A DNA stretch of 64,000 nt from Chloroflexota bacterium (GTDB lineage Bacteria > Chloroflexota > UBA5177), in assembly GCA_035295425.1 (NCBI GenBank), contig DATGJB010000149.1, forward strand, positions 8,509-72,508, read 5' to 3'. Positions 27,181 through 37,900 of the stretch are shown one piece after another. How positions within the stretch are numbered: the stretch's first letter is position 1; each line of letters begins with the position of its first letter. The notes beneath the pieces were generated by a model that was not told the DNA's origin, made no database searches, and saw only the letters and a program-made list of their open reading frames with translations. The position numbers and the translations under genes are program-made.

Positions 27181-28976
27181 CAGATCAGCTGGTCGATCTT
27201 GTCCCGGAAGGCGGTAAGCGCGATCCGCGCCCCGTCCGGCTGTCCCTTCACCAGCGCCTCGGCGAAGTGTTTGACCTGCTTGGCACTGACCTTTGGCGGC
27301 ATCGGCGGCTCGTTCGGATCGACCACCGCCTCGAGTACCGCCGGTCCGGGCACGGCCAGGAACCGGCGCATGGTCTCCTCGATCTCGTCGGGACGCTCCA
27401 CACAGAAGCCCTCCGCCCCGGCGGCGCGCGCCCAGGCGGCGAAGTCGGCGCTCTGGAGCTCGACGCCGTACTCCGGGTTACCGAGAAAGACGATCTGTTC
27501 CCATTTGATCTGGCCCAGCACGTTGTTCTTGATGATGATGACCTTGATCGGCAGCCGGTACTTCACGGCGGTGAGCACCTCACCCATGAGCATGGTGAAG
27601 CCGCCATCGCCGACGAAAGCGATCACCTGCCGGTCGGGAAAGGCTACCTGCGCGCCAACCGCATAAGGAAGGCCGGGGGCCATCGTCGCCAGATTGCCGG
27701 AGAGGCTGAACTTCTGTCCGCGCTTGAGCCGGAAGTTCCGCCCGATCCAGATGGTGTTGGTCCCGCTGTCGCCGCAGATGATGGCATCAGGCGCCACCAG
27801 CTTTTCCAGGGTGTGGGCGACGACCTCCGGCTTCATCGGCACGTCGGTCCGCGTCCCCTCGGCGTCGAGTTGGGCGTTCCAGGCTTTCATCCCTTCCTGG
27901 GCTTTCTCCAGAAAGGCACGGTCCGCCTTGCGCTGCAGCAGGGGCAGCAGTGCCCGCATGGTCGCTCCCGCGTCGCCGACCAGTCCGACCTCAATGGGGA
28001 AGCGCAGCCCCAGACGTGTCTCGTCGACATCGATCTGCACGCCGCGCGCCTGCGACGGCTTGGGGAGGTAGGCGACGTACGGGAAGGAGGTCCCAACCAT
28101 GAGAACTGTGTCGCACTCCTCCAGCGCCTCCTCGCTCGGCCGGGTCCCGAGCAGACCAATCCCGCCCGTAGTGAACGGGCTGTCGTCGGGCACAACGCCC
28201 TTGCCCAGCAGCGGCTTCACGATCGGGGCGGCCAGTAGATCAGCCGCCTGCTCGAGCTCATCGCCCGCGTCCAGCGCGCCATGACCGGCGACGATCGCTA
28301 CCTTGGTCCCGGCATTGAGAACGTCGGCGGCGGCGCGCAGCAGCTCCGGCGTGGGTATCGGCGCCACCTTTGGCAGCCCATTGCGCGAGCTGTAGAAGCC
28401 GGCCGGAGGCTGGTCGATCTGATTCGGCGTACGCGGCGGGCCGCCCATTGCCTTGTAGAAACCGCTCTTCGCCTCCATCGTCTGGTAGTCGATGGCGAGG
28501 TTGATATGCGCCACCGTGCGCTTCGAAAGCGCGGTGCGGCAGGCGGTGTTCACCAGATTGAACACGTCGCTCGCTCCTTGCACCGCCTGGTTGAACGCCG
28601 CCACATCCTTGTAGAGCGAGAGGAGATCCACCTCCTGCTGGTAGCTGAGACCGAGCAGATCGCTCTCCTGCTGGCCGGTGAGCGCCAGCACCGGCGCGCC
28701 GTCCAGCTTGGCGTCGTACAGCCCGTTCAGGAGATGAATAGCGCCCGGGCCGCTGGTAGCGAGGCAGACCCCGAGCCGTCCGGTGAACTTCGCGTACGAG
28801 CACGCGGCGAAAGCGGCCGCTTCCTCGTGGCGCACCTGGATGAAGCGGACCCGATCCTGGTGGGTTCGCAACGCCTCCATGATGCCGTTGATGCCATCTC
28901 CAGGAATCCCGAAGATGGTGTCCACGCCCCACTCCGCCAGCGTTTCGATGAGTACATCCGATACGGTCTTCGCCAT
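27180..28976 (-). CDS. Thiamine-diphosphate enzyme, pyruvate oxidase / pyruvate dehydrogenase (quinone) PoxB-like
   Basis: The N-terminus is MAKTVSDVLIETLAEWGVDTIFGIPGDGINGIMEAL. The TPP motif GDGGFTMLMGE...IIKNN is present. AAAGGAGA SD lies upstream. Confidence 0.88.
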   Translation of the reverse strand: MAKTVSDVLIETLAEWGVDTIFGIPGDGINGIMEALRTHQDRVRFIQVRHEEAAAFAACSYAKFTGRLGVCLATSGPGAIHLLNGLYDAKLDGAPVLALTGQQESDLLGLSYQQEVDLLSLYKDVAAFNQAVQGASDVFNLVNTACRTALSKRTVAHINLAIDYQTMEAKSGFYKAMGGPPRTPNQIDQPPAGFYSSRNGLPKVAPIPTPELLRAAADVLNAGTKVAIVAGHGALDAGDELEQAADLLAAPIVKPLLGKGVVPDDSPFTTGGIGLLGTRPSEEALEECDTVLMVGTSFPYVAYLPKPSQARGVQIDVDETRLGLRFPIEVGLVGDAGATMRALLPLLQRKADRAFLEKAQEGMKAWNAQLDAEGTRTDVPMKPEVVAHTLEKLVAPDAIICGDSGTNTIWIGRNFRLKRGQKFSLSGNLATMAPGLPYAVGAQVAFPDRQVIAFVGDGGFTMLMGEVLTAVKYRLPIKVIIIKNNVLGQIKWEQIVFLGNPEYGVELQSADFAAWARAAGAEGFCVERPDEIEETMRRFLAVPGPAVLEAVVDPNEPPMPPKVSAKQVKHFAEALVKGQPDGARIALTAFRDKIDQLI

Positions 28977-28993
28977 GTTCGGTCTCCTTTGAT

Positions 28994-30391
28994 TCAGTGA
29001 TGACGGGCGCCGTGCGACGGCGGGACTGTGCGCTGTGGCTCGCCCGGACGACGGCTCTCGCCGGAAACGCCCGGCAGGTCGGCGATCTCTCGTCCGCCCA
29101 CGGCGTCGAGTGCCCAGTCGAGGCCGATCCGGATCCGGTTGGACAGGCGGGGCAGTTTTGACAGGTAGATCGCTCGCCACATGAGCCAGGCAGGCATGCC
29201 CGAGAAGCGCCGGCCGTGAATACTGGCAACCGCGGCCCGCCTGCCGACCATGGCCAGCTCTCCAATCGGGTGGTAGACGAACGGCTGCGGCTGCCTTCCA
29301 TTCAAGGTAGCAACGATGTTGCGTGCCACCTGTTTTCCCTCGCGCGTCGCATTCTGCGCGGTCGGGGCGTAGGTTCCCTTCCCCCGCGGCTCGGGCACCT
29401 CGGCGCAGTCTCCCAGCGCCCACACCCCGGCGTGACCCGGCACCGCGCAGCCGGCATCCACGACGATGGCGTGATGCCGGCCAAGCTTGAAACCGCTCTG
29501 GGCGACAACCGGATTGGGCTGGACGCCTCCCGCCCACACCAGCGTCCGCGCCGCCACACGCATGACCGCCCGCGCGGACGAGTGATCGTCTCCGTGCGCA
29601 GCGTCGCCGCGCTCCAGCTCGACGTTGTCCGGGCCGGCGCTGGCCACGCGGGTACCCAGCATAACCTCAACGCCCCGCCGCTCCAGTTCGCGCTGGGCGT
29701 AGGAGGCAAGCCTCTCGTCGAGCTCCGGCAACAGCCGTGGCCCCGGCTGCACGATGATGGTGCGCACGTCCTCGGCCTGCACCGCGGAGAACTGCGGCCG
29801 GAGACCGCGTACCAGATCATTGAGCGCCGCCATGGTCTCGACACCGGAGAACCCACCACCGCCGACGACGAAGGTGAGGAGCTGTCGGCGCACGGCGGGA
29901 TCGGGCTCCTCGTCGGCACGCTCCAGCAGGGCGATCGCCCGATGACGAATCGCCTCCGCCTCCGTCACCGACTTGATGGTCAGGGCGTTGTCCTGGAGAC
30001 CGGGGATATGGTGGAAGTTCGTGATTGACCCGAGCGCGATCACCAGCTGATCGGCCTGGAGGGTGCGCTCGGCGGGAGGGATGCTCTGCGCGCCGTCGCC
30101 GACCTCGATGCTCACCGACCTGCTGGCGGCGTCGATCCTGGTAATGCGTCCTTGCTCGAAGCGCACGCGTGGCGATAGAGAGCGTATCGCTGCGACGACA
30201 CTCCCTGGATCGACATCGCCACCGACAACCTCGGTCAGCATGGGCGTGAAGAGCGAGAAGTTGTTCCGGTCAACCAGCGTGATATCGCACCGCCGCTCCC
30301 GCGGCAGCAGTCGTATCAACTCCTGCGCGACGCTCATGCCGGCGAAACCGCCGCCGAGAATGAGAATTCGTGGGTATGACGCCGTCGCCAT
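28994..30391 (-). CDS. Type II NADH:quinone oxidoreductase (NDH-2) family flavoprotein
   Basis: Two dinucleotide-binding motifs are present, ILILGGGFAGM and VVGGGGFSGVE. The length of 465 aa is typical. Confidence 0.88.
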   Translation of the reverse strand: MATASYPRILILGGGFAGMSVAQELIRLLPRERRCDITLVDRNNFSLFTPMLTEVVGGDVDPGSVVAAIRSLSPRVRFEQGRITRIDAASRSVSIEVGDGAQSIPPAERTLQADQLVIALGSITNFHHIPGLQDNALTIKSVTEAEAIRHRAIALLERADEEPDPAVRRQLLTFVVGGGGFSGVETMAALNDLVRGLRPQFSAVQAEDVRTIIVQPGPRLLPELDERLASYAQRELERRGVEVMLGTRVASAGPDNVELERGDAAHGDDHSSARAVMRVAARTLVWAGGVQPNPVVAQSGFKLGRHHAIVVDAGCAVPGHAGVWALGDCAEVPEPRGKGTYAPTAQNATREGKQVARNIVATLNGRQPQPFVYHPIGELAMVGRRAAVASIHGRRFSGMPAWLMWRAIYLSKLPRLSNRIRIGLDWALDAVGGREIADLPGVSGESRRPGEPQRTVPPSHGARHH

Positions 30392-30392
30392 G

Positions 30393-32831
30393 CTATGTCA
30401 CCTGCGTGAGCTCGAGGATGCAGAATCCGCGCCGCTCGATGACGACGGGGACGCCGCGATTGAGCTCGGAGCCGGAGAGCGGGGTGTCGCCGTCGATCCA
30501 CTGGCCCAGCAGGCTGTTGTAAATCCGCATCCGATACGATCCCTCGAGGTTGCCCTGGACACGTAGGGACGTGTTGGCCGTGCGCTGCGCGGTGTTCCCG
30601 GCAAATAGCAGCAGATCCGGCCCCTGCCGCAACCCGATCGCGCAGATCGCCTCGCCGGTGACGTGCACCCGGTCGGTGATGTCTTCTTCGTAGGTTGAGG
30701 TCGGGATCGAGTCACGTGGGAAGAAGAAGCTCGTGTAGAGGGCGAGCTCGGGCACCCGTGCCGTCAGCCAGGTCAGGCGACGGCCCCGGTACGGGAGGTT
30801 CTGCACCGCCAGCCATTTCCAGTCGGGAGCCAGACGGGGCGAGAGGGTGAGCGCGTCACCCGAGTGGCTCAGACCGGCCACTCCCTCGATGGCCGCCCAT
30901 AGATAACGGGGCGGAAACCAGGGAGAGAGCATCATCCCCTGGTTGACGAGCGTCTCCCCATTGAGCCACTCCGAGAACTGTCCGGGCACCGTGTTGTTCC
31001 GGCGTGGGTCGGTGGAGTAGTTCCGGAACGACGTACTGAGCGCATGGGCCATGAACTGCTGGTCGTACTTGGCGGCGGCGAACGCGTACCAGAAGGAGAC
31101 CGCGACCCACACACCGCCCAGCAGGCCCCAGCCGCCACTGGGGGTATACATCGGCGAATCGCGGGGAGTGGTGCGGATCCCGCCGGCCGTCCAGAAGTCC
31201 TCCTCGCTGAGCCGGCTGATGATCCTTGCCGCCGTCTGGTCGTCCGCAACTCCGAACATCACTGGAAAGACCAGGTCCGAGGTCACGTCGCTCCGCGGAT
31301 TGCCGTCCAGATCGATGTGGAGGTAGTACAACCCGTTCTCCGGATTCTTCAGATGGGTGTTGATGGCGTCTTTCAGGGCCGCGACCTCGGCCGCGAGCTC
31401 GCGGCTCTCGTCGTGCTTCTCGAGCACGCGCGCCATGTGCGCCACCGTCTGCAGAGCGCCGTAGCATTCCGAGTTCACCTCGGTCGTGGCGCCGGAGAGC
31501 CGGTAGTTCGGGATGACGTTGCGCCAGCCGATGATCCCCCAATCCTGCGTCCCGGTCGCGGTACACCAGACCAGCCCCTGCGCGTTGCGCTGCGACAGGA
31601 TGTAGCGCGCCGCCTTGAGCGCCGCGGGGTAGACCTCGCGCAGGAAGTCGATGTCACCGGTCGCGTTGTAGTGGTGCCAGAGCGCCATGATGATGAGCGG
31701 GGTGTTGTCGTTGATGTTGAGTCCGTAGTCCTCGGTCTTTCCGGTCCGGATGTCGTAGTACTCGACGATCATGCCGCTCTTCTCCTGGAGCCGCACATAA
31801 GCTTTCAACGCTTCGCGGGCAAACTCCGGATTGAGATAGTCCGCGCCGAAGCCGAACCAGGCGGTATCCCGGCCGACGCTGTTGTTGGAACGCGTGGGGT
31901 CGTTCACGAAGCACCACCCGGTGGGCGCCTTCGATTCGACCCGCAGCATGTTGGCCTTGGCCCAGAGGACGCCGCGGTTCACGCTGGTATCCGGCGTGAG
32001 CACGACCGACCGTCCCAGCAGATCGTGGTAATGCGCCTTGGTCCGGCGCAGCGCTTCATCGGCGTCCGGGCAGCCACAGTAATTCCGCACTGCCCCTTTA
32101 CGCCCGTCGCCGAAGCTCAGCAGGTAGGTGAGGCGCGCCCGCTCGCCCGGCGCGATGCGATTCCGGTGCTCCAGGACTCCGAGCGGATCTTCGGGCGCGA
32201 CCGTCCTCCCGGAGAGCGGACCCGGCTGCCGGTCGAGCACTGACTTGCCGTAGTCGAGGGTGGTCTCAAAGGCGCACGGCTTCTCCGAGCACCCGAAGAC
32301 GCGCGCCAGACTGGGCCGTGACCTGTTCCAGGCAATCAGTGCCCCCAGCCGCCGGTCGTAGGCTGCCACCACGTCGTGGTCGGTGAACCCACGGAGCACC
32401 ACATAGGCGTAGGTGATGACCTCTACCGGAGCCTCGCCCTCGTTTCGGAGCTCAAGCACCTGGTAGACGCCGGGCGGATCGACCGAACCGTCCTCGTGGA
32501 CCGGGCCGCTCAGCACAAAGATGTCCTCGTGCACGTCAATGTGGTTGGAGAGCGCGTAGACATGCTCCTGGTGCTCGGGATGGATGATGAATGTACCCGG
32601 ATTCTCCTGCGCCAGGTACATGCCGGTCACCGCGTCATAGTGCCGCAGGATCACCGTCCCGAAGAGCGTCTCGCCGCTATCGATGCTGTAGACCTTCTCG
32701 ATCGCCCCATTGGCCTTGACGATCGCCACGGCTTTCGGGCCGCCCAGCGTGCTCCCCACCGCCAGATCGGTGTCGGCCACCTCATAGATCGCCACCCGGC
32801 CGCTGTGGCCGACGCCCTTGGCAATGTCCAT
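30393..32831 (-). CDS. Six-hairpin glycosidase-like protein (glycogen-debranching / amylo-alpha-1,6-glucosidase-like)
   Basis: The 812-aa product runs from ATG 32831, with GAGG upstream. It has an (alpha/alpha)6-like core (GADYLNPEFAREALKAYVRLQEKSGMIVEYYD, NDNTPLIIMALWHHYNATGD, WGLLGGVWVAVSFWYA). The stop lies 1 nt from the NDH-2 ATG. Confidence 0.75.
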   Translation of the reverse strand: MDIAKGVGHSGRVAIYEVADTDLAVGSTLGGPKAVAIVKANGAIEKVYSIDSGETLFGTVILRHYDAVTGMYLAQENPGTFIIHPEHQEHVYALSNHIDVHEDIFVLSGPVHEDGSVDPPGVYQVLELRNEGEAPVEVITYAYVVLRGFTDHDVVAAYDRRLGALIAWNRSRPSLARVFGCSEKPCAFETTLDYGKSVLDRQPGPLSGRTVAPEDPLGVLEHRNRIAPGERARLTYLLSFGDGRKGAVRNYCGCPDADEALRRTKAHYHDLLGRSVVLTPDTSVNRGVLWAKANMLRVESKAPTGWCFVNDPTRSNNSVGRDTAWFGFGADYLNPEFAREALKAYVRLQEKSGMIVEYYDIRTGKTEDYGLNINDNTPLIIMALWHHYNATGDIDFLREVYPAALKAARYILSQRNAQGLVWCTATGTQDWGIIGWRNVIPNYRLSGATTEVNSECYGALQTVAHMARVLEKHDESRELAAEVAALKDAINTHLKNPENGLYYLHIDLDGNPRSDVTSDLVFPVMFGVADDQTAARIISRLSEEDFWTAGGIRTTPRDSPMYTPSGGWGLLGGVWVAVSFWYAFAAAKYDQQFMAHALSTSFRNYSTDPRRNNTVPGQFSEWLNGETLVNQGMMLSPWFPPRYLWAAIEGVAGLSHSGDALTLSPRLAPDWKWLAVQNLPYRGRRLTWLTARVPELALYTSFFFPRDSIPTSTYEEDITDRVHVTGEAICAIGLRQGPDLLLFAGNTAQRTANTSLRVQGNLEGSYRMRIYNSLLGQWIDGDTPLSGSELNRGVPVVIERRGFCILELTQVT

Positions 32832-33124
32832 ATATTCTTCGCGCCTCGCCTCGTACTGTGAAGAACGCGCCCAGCAGCCGGCTCGAATGGCACGCGAGCC
32901 ATCTCGCTCTCCCAATCCTGCCTCAGCAAGAATAGTGCCAATGCAATGATATCGTGTGGCGATATAATACGCCGAAGAACGGTTCGTCCCGGGACAGGGC
33001 TGCCGCTTCCTGGCTTCGAGGCAAAGCGATGGGGCCAACTCGACAGCAGACGTCGAAGTACCAGCCGCACTCCCGGCGAGGAAGCGAACCCGGCGCGTCC
33101 TCTTCGAGCAGCTACGCTGGCAGT

Positions 33125-33661
33125 GTGAAACGTGTCCTGCTCACCGGGATGTCGGGAACGGGCAAGTCCACGCTGATTCGCGAGCTGACGGTCCGTGGAT
33201 ACAGGGCGATCGATGCCGATTCGGACGAGTGGTCCGAGTGGGTCACCGTCGATAGTGACGCCGATCCGTTCGATCCGATCCCCGGACCGGGCTCCGTATG
33301 GCGGAACCGCGATTGGCTCTGGAGCGAAGACCGCATGCGGCGCCTTCTAGCAATCGACGATATCGACTTACTGTTCGTCGCCGGCACCGCCTCAAACCAA
33401 GGGAAGTTCCACCAACTCTTCGACCACATCGTGTTGCTAACCGCGCCAGCGAGTGTACTCGTCGAACGGCTGGCTACCCGGACCAGCAATTCCTACGGCA
33501 AGCATCCCGAGGAGCTGGCCCGGGTTCTCCAGCACCTGCAGACGGTCGAACCGCTCTTACGGCGAGCCGCGACGCTGGAGATCGATACCACCGCCTCGGT
33601 CGGTGAGACGCTGGAGATGATTCTGAAGGCAGTCGGACCGCAGGAGGGACGGTCCGGCTAA
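33125..33661 (+). CDS. P-loop NTPase / AAA-family kinase-like protein
   Basis: The product starts VKRVLLTGMSGTGKSTLIRELTVRGYRAIDADS (Walker A). GTG 33125 gives a family-typical N-terminus, and ATG 33029 is an alternative start. Confidence 0.7.
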   Translation: MKRVLLTGMSGTGKSTLIRELTVRGYRAIDADSDEWSEWVTVDSDADPFDPIPGPGSVWRNRDWLWSEDRMRRLLAIDDIDLLFVAGTASNQGKFHQLFDHIVLLTAPASVLVERLATRTSNSYGKHPEELARVLQHLQTVEPLLRRAATLEIDTTASVGETLEMILKAVGPQEGRSG

Positions 33662-33671
33662 CGGCACCCGC

Positions 33672-34610
33672 TTATCGTCTCGCCTGCTGCACGCGATCGG
33701 GTGGCAGAACGGCATGAGCTCCAACCGTTCCACCGTTCACCACCTGCGTCACCCGCAGGTCGACCGCAAGGCTGCACAGTGCCATGGCCTCCGCTGACAG
33801 TAGATCGAAGGCCGACCCCACATGTCGGAGCATGGCGCGCAGGGCGATCACCGCGGCATCATCCAGCGACCGGCCGAATCCCAGCGTGACGTAGCCGGCG
33901 GGAGTTACCGCCTCCGGACCGTCGAGAGGAAGCTGCTCGCGCAGGCTGAACCGCAGCTCGACCCGCTCCATGCCGCACTCCAAAGCGGTCTGCCCCACCT
34001 CGCCGTCGCCCTGCGCGGCATGGCCGTCGCCCACCGAGAAGATGGCGCCCTCCACCTCGACCGGCAGCAGCACCGTCGAGCCGGCCACCAGCTCTCGGCA
34101 GTCCATGTTGCCGCCGACGCGGCGGGGCGGCGTCGTCGAATGCCGGCCCGGCTCGGCGGGCGCATTTCCCATCACACCCATGAACGGCCGCAAGGCAAGA
34201 CGCAGGCCGGTATGGCGCTCGGTCGCCCAGCCGTCCGACCCGATGTCCCAACCGAGGCCCGCTTCCTCGGTGAGATCCAGGTTGTAGCGCGGGTTATAGG
34301 GCCGGGGCCCGGCCCAGGTCCATCCCCACCGGGTGGGCCGAAGGTCCACGATCTCGATTGCCAGCGCGTCGCCCGGTCTGGCTCCCCGAACGGCAATGGG
34401 ACCGCTCAACGCATGCCCCTGTTCGTGCTCAGGGTCTGCCTCGATCTCGCGCGGGATCCCACCGAACTTCTCGCCCGGTCCGCCCCAGCCGGCGTCCAGC
34501 GTCCGGTAGACGACCGAGTCGCCGGGATCAATCGTCAGCACCGGCGGAATATCGCGGTCGAAGCAGTCCCGCAGGTTGGGCCGGCTGAGCTCGAGGTGGT
34601 GCGTGACCAT
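33672..34610 (-). CDS. Acetamidase/formamidase-family amidohydrolase
   Basis: The 312-aa product runs from MVTHHLELSRPNL and carries FmdA/AmdA-like segments (TIDPGDSVVYRTLDAGWG, GGNMDCRELVAGSTVLLPV, FSVGDGHAAQGDGEV). Confidence 0.82.
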   Translation of the reverse strand: MVTHHLELSRPNLRDCFDRDIPPVLTIDPGDSVVYRTLDAGWGGPGEKFGGIPREIEADPEHEQGHALSGPIAVRGARPGDALAIEIVDLRPTRWGWTWAGPRPYNPRYNLDLTEEAGLGWDIGSDGWATERHTGLRLALRPFMGVMGNAPAEPGRHSTTPPRRVGGNMDCRELVAGSTVLLPVEVEGAIFSVGDGHAAQGDGEVGQTALECGMERVELRFSLREQLPLDGPEAVTPAGYVTLGFGRSLDDAAVIALRAMLRHVGSAFDLLSAEAMALCSLAVDLRVTQVVNGGTVGAHAVLPPDRVQQARR

Positions 34611-34840
34611 CACTGCGAGCGTACAGGATGCCCGGCCGGGAGCAGGAAGACGGTGGCGCCGGACTTCGCGGCTGGCGGCTGCGAATCGGCGGCGTCCCAA
34701 CCTCCGCTAGCGTGAGTCAGGTGAGGGTGGGGTGAGCACGATGCGCAGCGGGCCGATCCTTCCTTCCGATTTCTCGGCACCGAGGATCGCCAGGTGTGCC
34801 GCGGTGGAGGACCGGAATCGTAAACCGGCTGCGTTAGCTC

Positions 34841-34870
34841 TTGACAACTTCGGTCGCCTCCGTACAGAAT
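34841..34870 (+). promoter_or_regulatory. Candidate sigma70-type promoter of the SARP-family regulator
   Basis: A perfect TTGACA (34841-34846) is followed by an 18-nt spacer and CAGAAT (34865-34870), about 30 nt upstream of ATG 34901. Confidence 0.4.
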
Positions 34871-34900
34871 TGTCACGAGGGAAGTGCGAGGGGAGAGCGC

Positions 34901-37900
34901 ATGCCCAGGCAGCCGGCACCCCATGGAGAAGAAGCTTTCGTCAGCTCAGCGGCCGGACTGACGATCCGGCTCCTCGGGGGCTTCGAGGTTCGCGTGGGGC
35001 AGCAGCTCGTGCCGGAGTCAGCGTGGCGGCTGAACAAAGCACGTAGCCTGCTCAAGCTGCTGGCGCTGGCGCCCGCACACCGGCTGCCTCGCGACAGCGT
35101 CATCGACCAGCTCTGGCCGGATCTGGACCCGGGTCCGGCAAGCAACAATCTGCACCAGACGTTGCATGGCCTGCGCCGTGCCCTGTCCACTCCCGATGGG
35201 TCCCCTCGAGTACGGCTGCAACACGGTATCATCGAGCTCGCTTTGCCTGGGCCGCTGCTGGTCGACGTCGCGGAGTTCGAGGCCGCCGCGGCCCGGGCCC
35301 GACACTCCGACGAGCCTGCCGCGTACCACGCCGCGATCGACCTCTATGCCGGCGATCTGCTGCCCGACGATCTCTACGAAGACTGGGCCGCCGGCCGCCG
35401 CGAGGCGCTGCGCCAGACATACCTGGGGCTGCTGCTCGGCCTGGCGCGTCGCCACGAGGCACGTGGTGAGCTCCGGCAGGCGATGGAGGCACTGCGGCGC
35501 GCGGTGGAATGCGAGCCGTCCCTGGAAGAGGCACACGCCCAGCTCATGCGTCTCTATGCCGCCACCGGTCAGCGGGGACGGGCGCTCCGCCAGTACGAAC
35601 AGCTCCGGGAGGTGCTGACCACCGAGCTGAACGTCGAGCCGGATGACAGTAGCCGGCAGCTGCACGGGCGGATTCTCACCGGCGGCAGTGCGGACCCGCC
35701 GGACCCGGCGGCGCCAGGACGCCATGCACCGATCCACAATCTCCCCATCGCCCTGACGAGCTTCGTGGGGCGAGAGAGCGAGATCGCGCGGGTGGCGGAA
35801 ACCCTGCAGACCGCACGGCTCGTGACGCTGGCCGGCATCGGCGGCGCCGGCAAGACGCGGTTGGCGCTCCGCGCCGGTTGGGACCGCTTGAGTCACTATC
35901 GTGACGGTGTGTGGCGGGTGGGCCTCGCCGCGTTGTCCCGGGGAGAGCTGGTGCCCGAAACCATCCGCACCGCGCTCCAGCTCGCCGAGCAGCCGGGGCG
36001 AAGCTCGCTCGACACGCTACGCGAGCACCTGCGCAGCCGCCACCTCCTGCTCATTCTCGACAACTGCGAGCATCTCACCGCGGCGTGCGCCGAGCTCGCT
36101 ATCTCGCTCCTGCACTCCTGTGCCGAGCTGCAGATCCTGGCCACAAGCCGGGCGCGCCTCGGCGTGCCCGGTGAGGTGACGATCCTCGTCTCGCCGCTCT
36201 CGACACCGCCCGCATCCGAGAAGGTGCTCGACGATCTGGCCCGCTACGAATCGGTCCGGCTCTTCGTCGAGCGGGCTCGTTCCCGGCGGCCGGACTTCGT
36301 GCTGGCGGCAGAGAATGCCGTTCCCGTGGCGCAAATCTGCCGCACGGTGGACGGTATTCCGCTCGCAGTGGAGCTCGCCGCGGCACGAGCGGGCGTGCTG
36401 CCCGTCCACCAGATTGCCGATCGACTGGTCGGTGCAATCGACCTCCTCGTGACGGACGACCGGGTTGAAGCACGCCACCAGACGTTGCGCGCCGCCCTCG
36501 ACTGGAGCTACCAGCTGCTCAATCCTGACGAACGGTGCCTCTTGCGCCACCTCGCCGTTTTCGAGGGTGGCTGGTCGCTCGAGGCCGCCGAGAACGTGTG
36601 TGACGGCGAAAACGACCAGCGAGTCCTCGACCTGCTGAGCGGACTGGTGGACAAGTCGCTGGTGGTTGTCGCGGGGACGGTCGGTGATATCGTGCGCTAC
36701 CGCTTCCTGGAGCCGGTGAGACAGTATGCGGTGCAACGGCTCGCGGCGACCGGCGAGACGGCTCACCTCCAAAGGCGACATGCCGCCTGGTTTGCGACCC
36801 TGACCGAGCAGGCGGCGCCGCACTTGCAGCAGCCGGAGATGCGCGGCTGGCTCGATCGGTTGGAAGCCGACCACGACAACCTGCGAGCCGCCATGCAATG
36901 GTCGCTCACCGAAGCCGAGCCGGGGGTGGGCCTGCGCATAGCCGGCGCCGGCTGGCGGTTCTGGTTCGCCCGCGGCCATCTGACCGAAGTGCGCGCCTAC
37001 CTGGACCGTTGCCTGCACCTGGCCAGAGCAGGACGTGGCGTGGCAGCACCGGTGCTTGCCCTGGCCCGGAACGCCGCCGGAGCCTGCGCCTACTTTCAGA
37101 GCGACCTGGAGGAAGCAACGAAACACTACGAATCGGCGCTGGCGCTCTACCGGGAGCTGAACGATGAAGCGGGGATGGCGCGGGTTCTCTCCAATCTGGG
37201 GCTGATCAGGAAAGACCGCCGCGAGAGCGAACGCGCCACCGAGCTACTGGAGGAAGCGCTGGAGCTGCAAACCCGACACGACAACCGGGCTGGAATGGCA
37301 AGCACCCTGGGAAATCTGGGAATCCTCGCCCAGGAGACCGGCGACTATGAGCGGGCGCGCGCGCTCCACGAGCGCGCCCTGGCGCTCGCCCGCGAGACCG
37401 GATTGCAGCAGGTCGTCCTTACCTCCATCAATAATCTCGGCGCTATCGCCGTGGAACAGGAGCAACTTCCACGGGCGCGAGAGATCCTCCTGGAAGGGCT
37501 CGATCTGGCGGCAACGCTGGGCGTGCAGCGAAGCTGGATGGCGGCGGCCACGAACCTCGCGAACATAGCACGCAAGCAGGGGAACTTCGACGAGGCTCTG
37601 GGTCGCTATCGAAGCAGCCTCAAGGCTGCGCGGAAGTTGGATTCGCAGCTGTCGATCGCCCTCAACCTCGAGGGGATTGCGGCGGCCTTTGCCGCCCGTC
37701 ACCTCCTGCAAGGCGCGGTGTACCTGTTTGCCGCAGCCGACCGGCTGCGGCGTGCTAGCGGCATCCCTCCCATCCCGATCGAGCAGAGCGAATACGATGC
37801 ATTGCTGGGTCTAGCCCACACGCGGCTAGGCGACGAGTTCGTTTCCGCCTGGAACGCCGGCCAGCGGGTGGCGATTGATGAAGTCATCGCGTTCGCTTCG

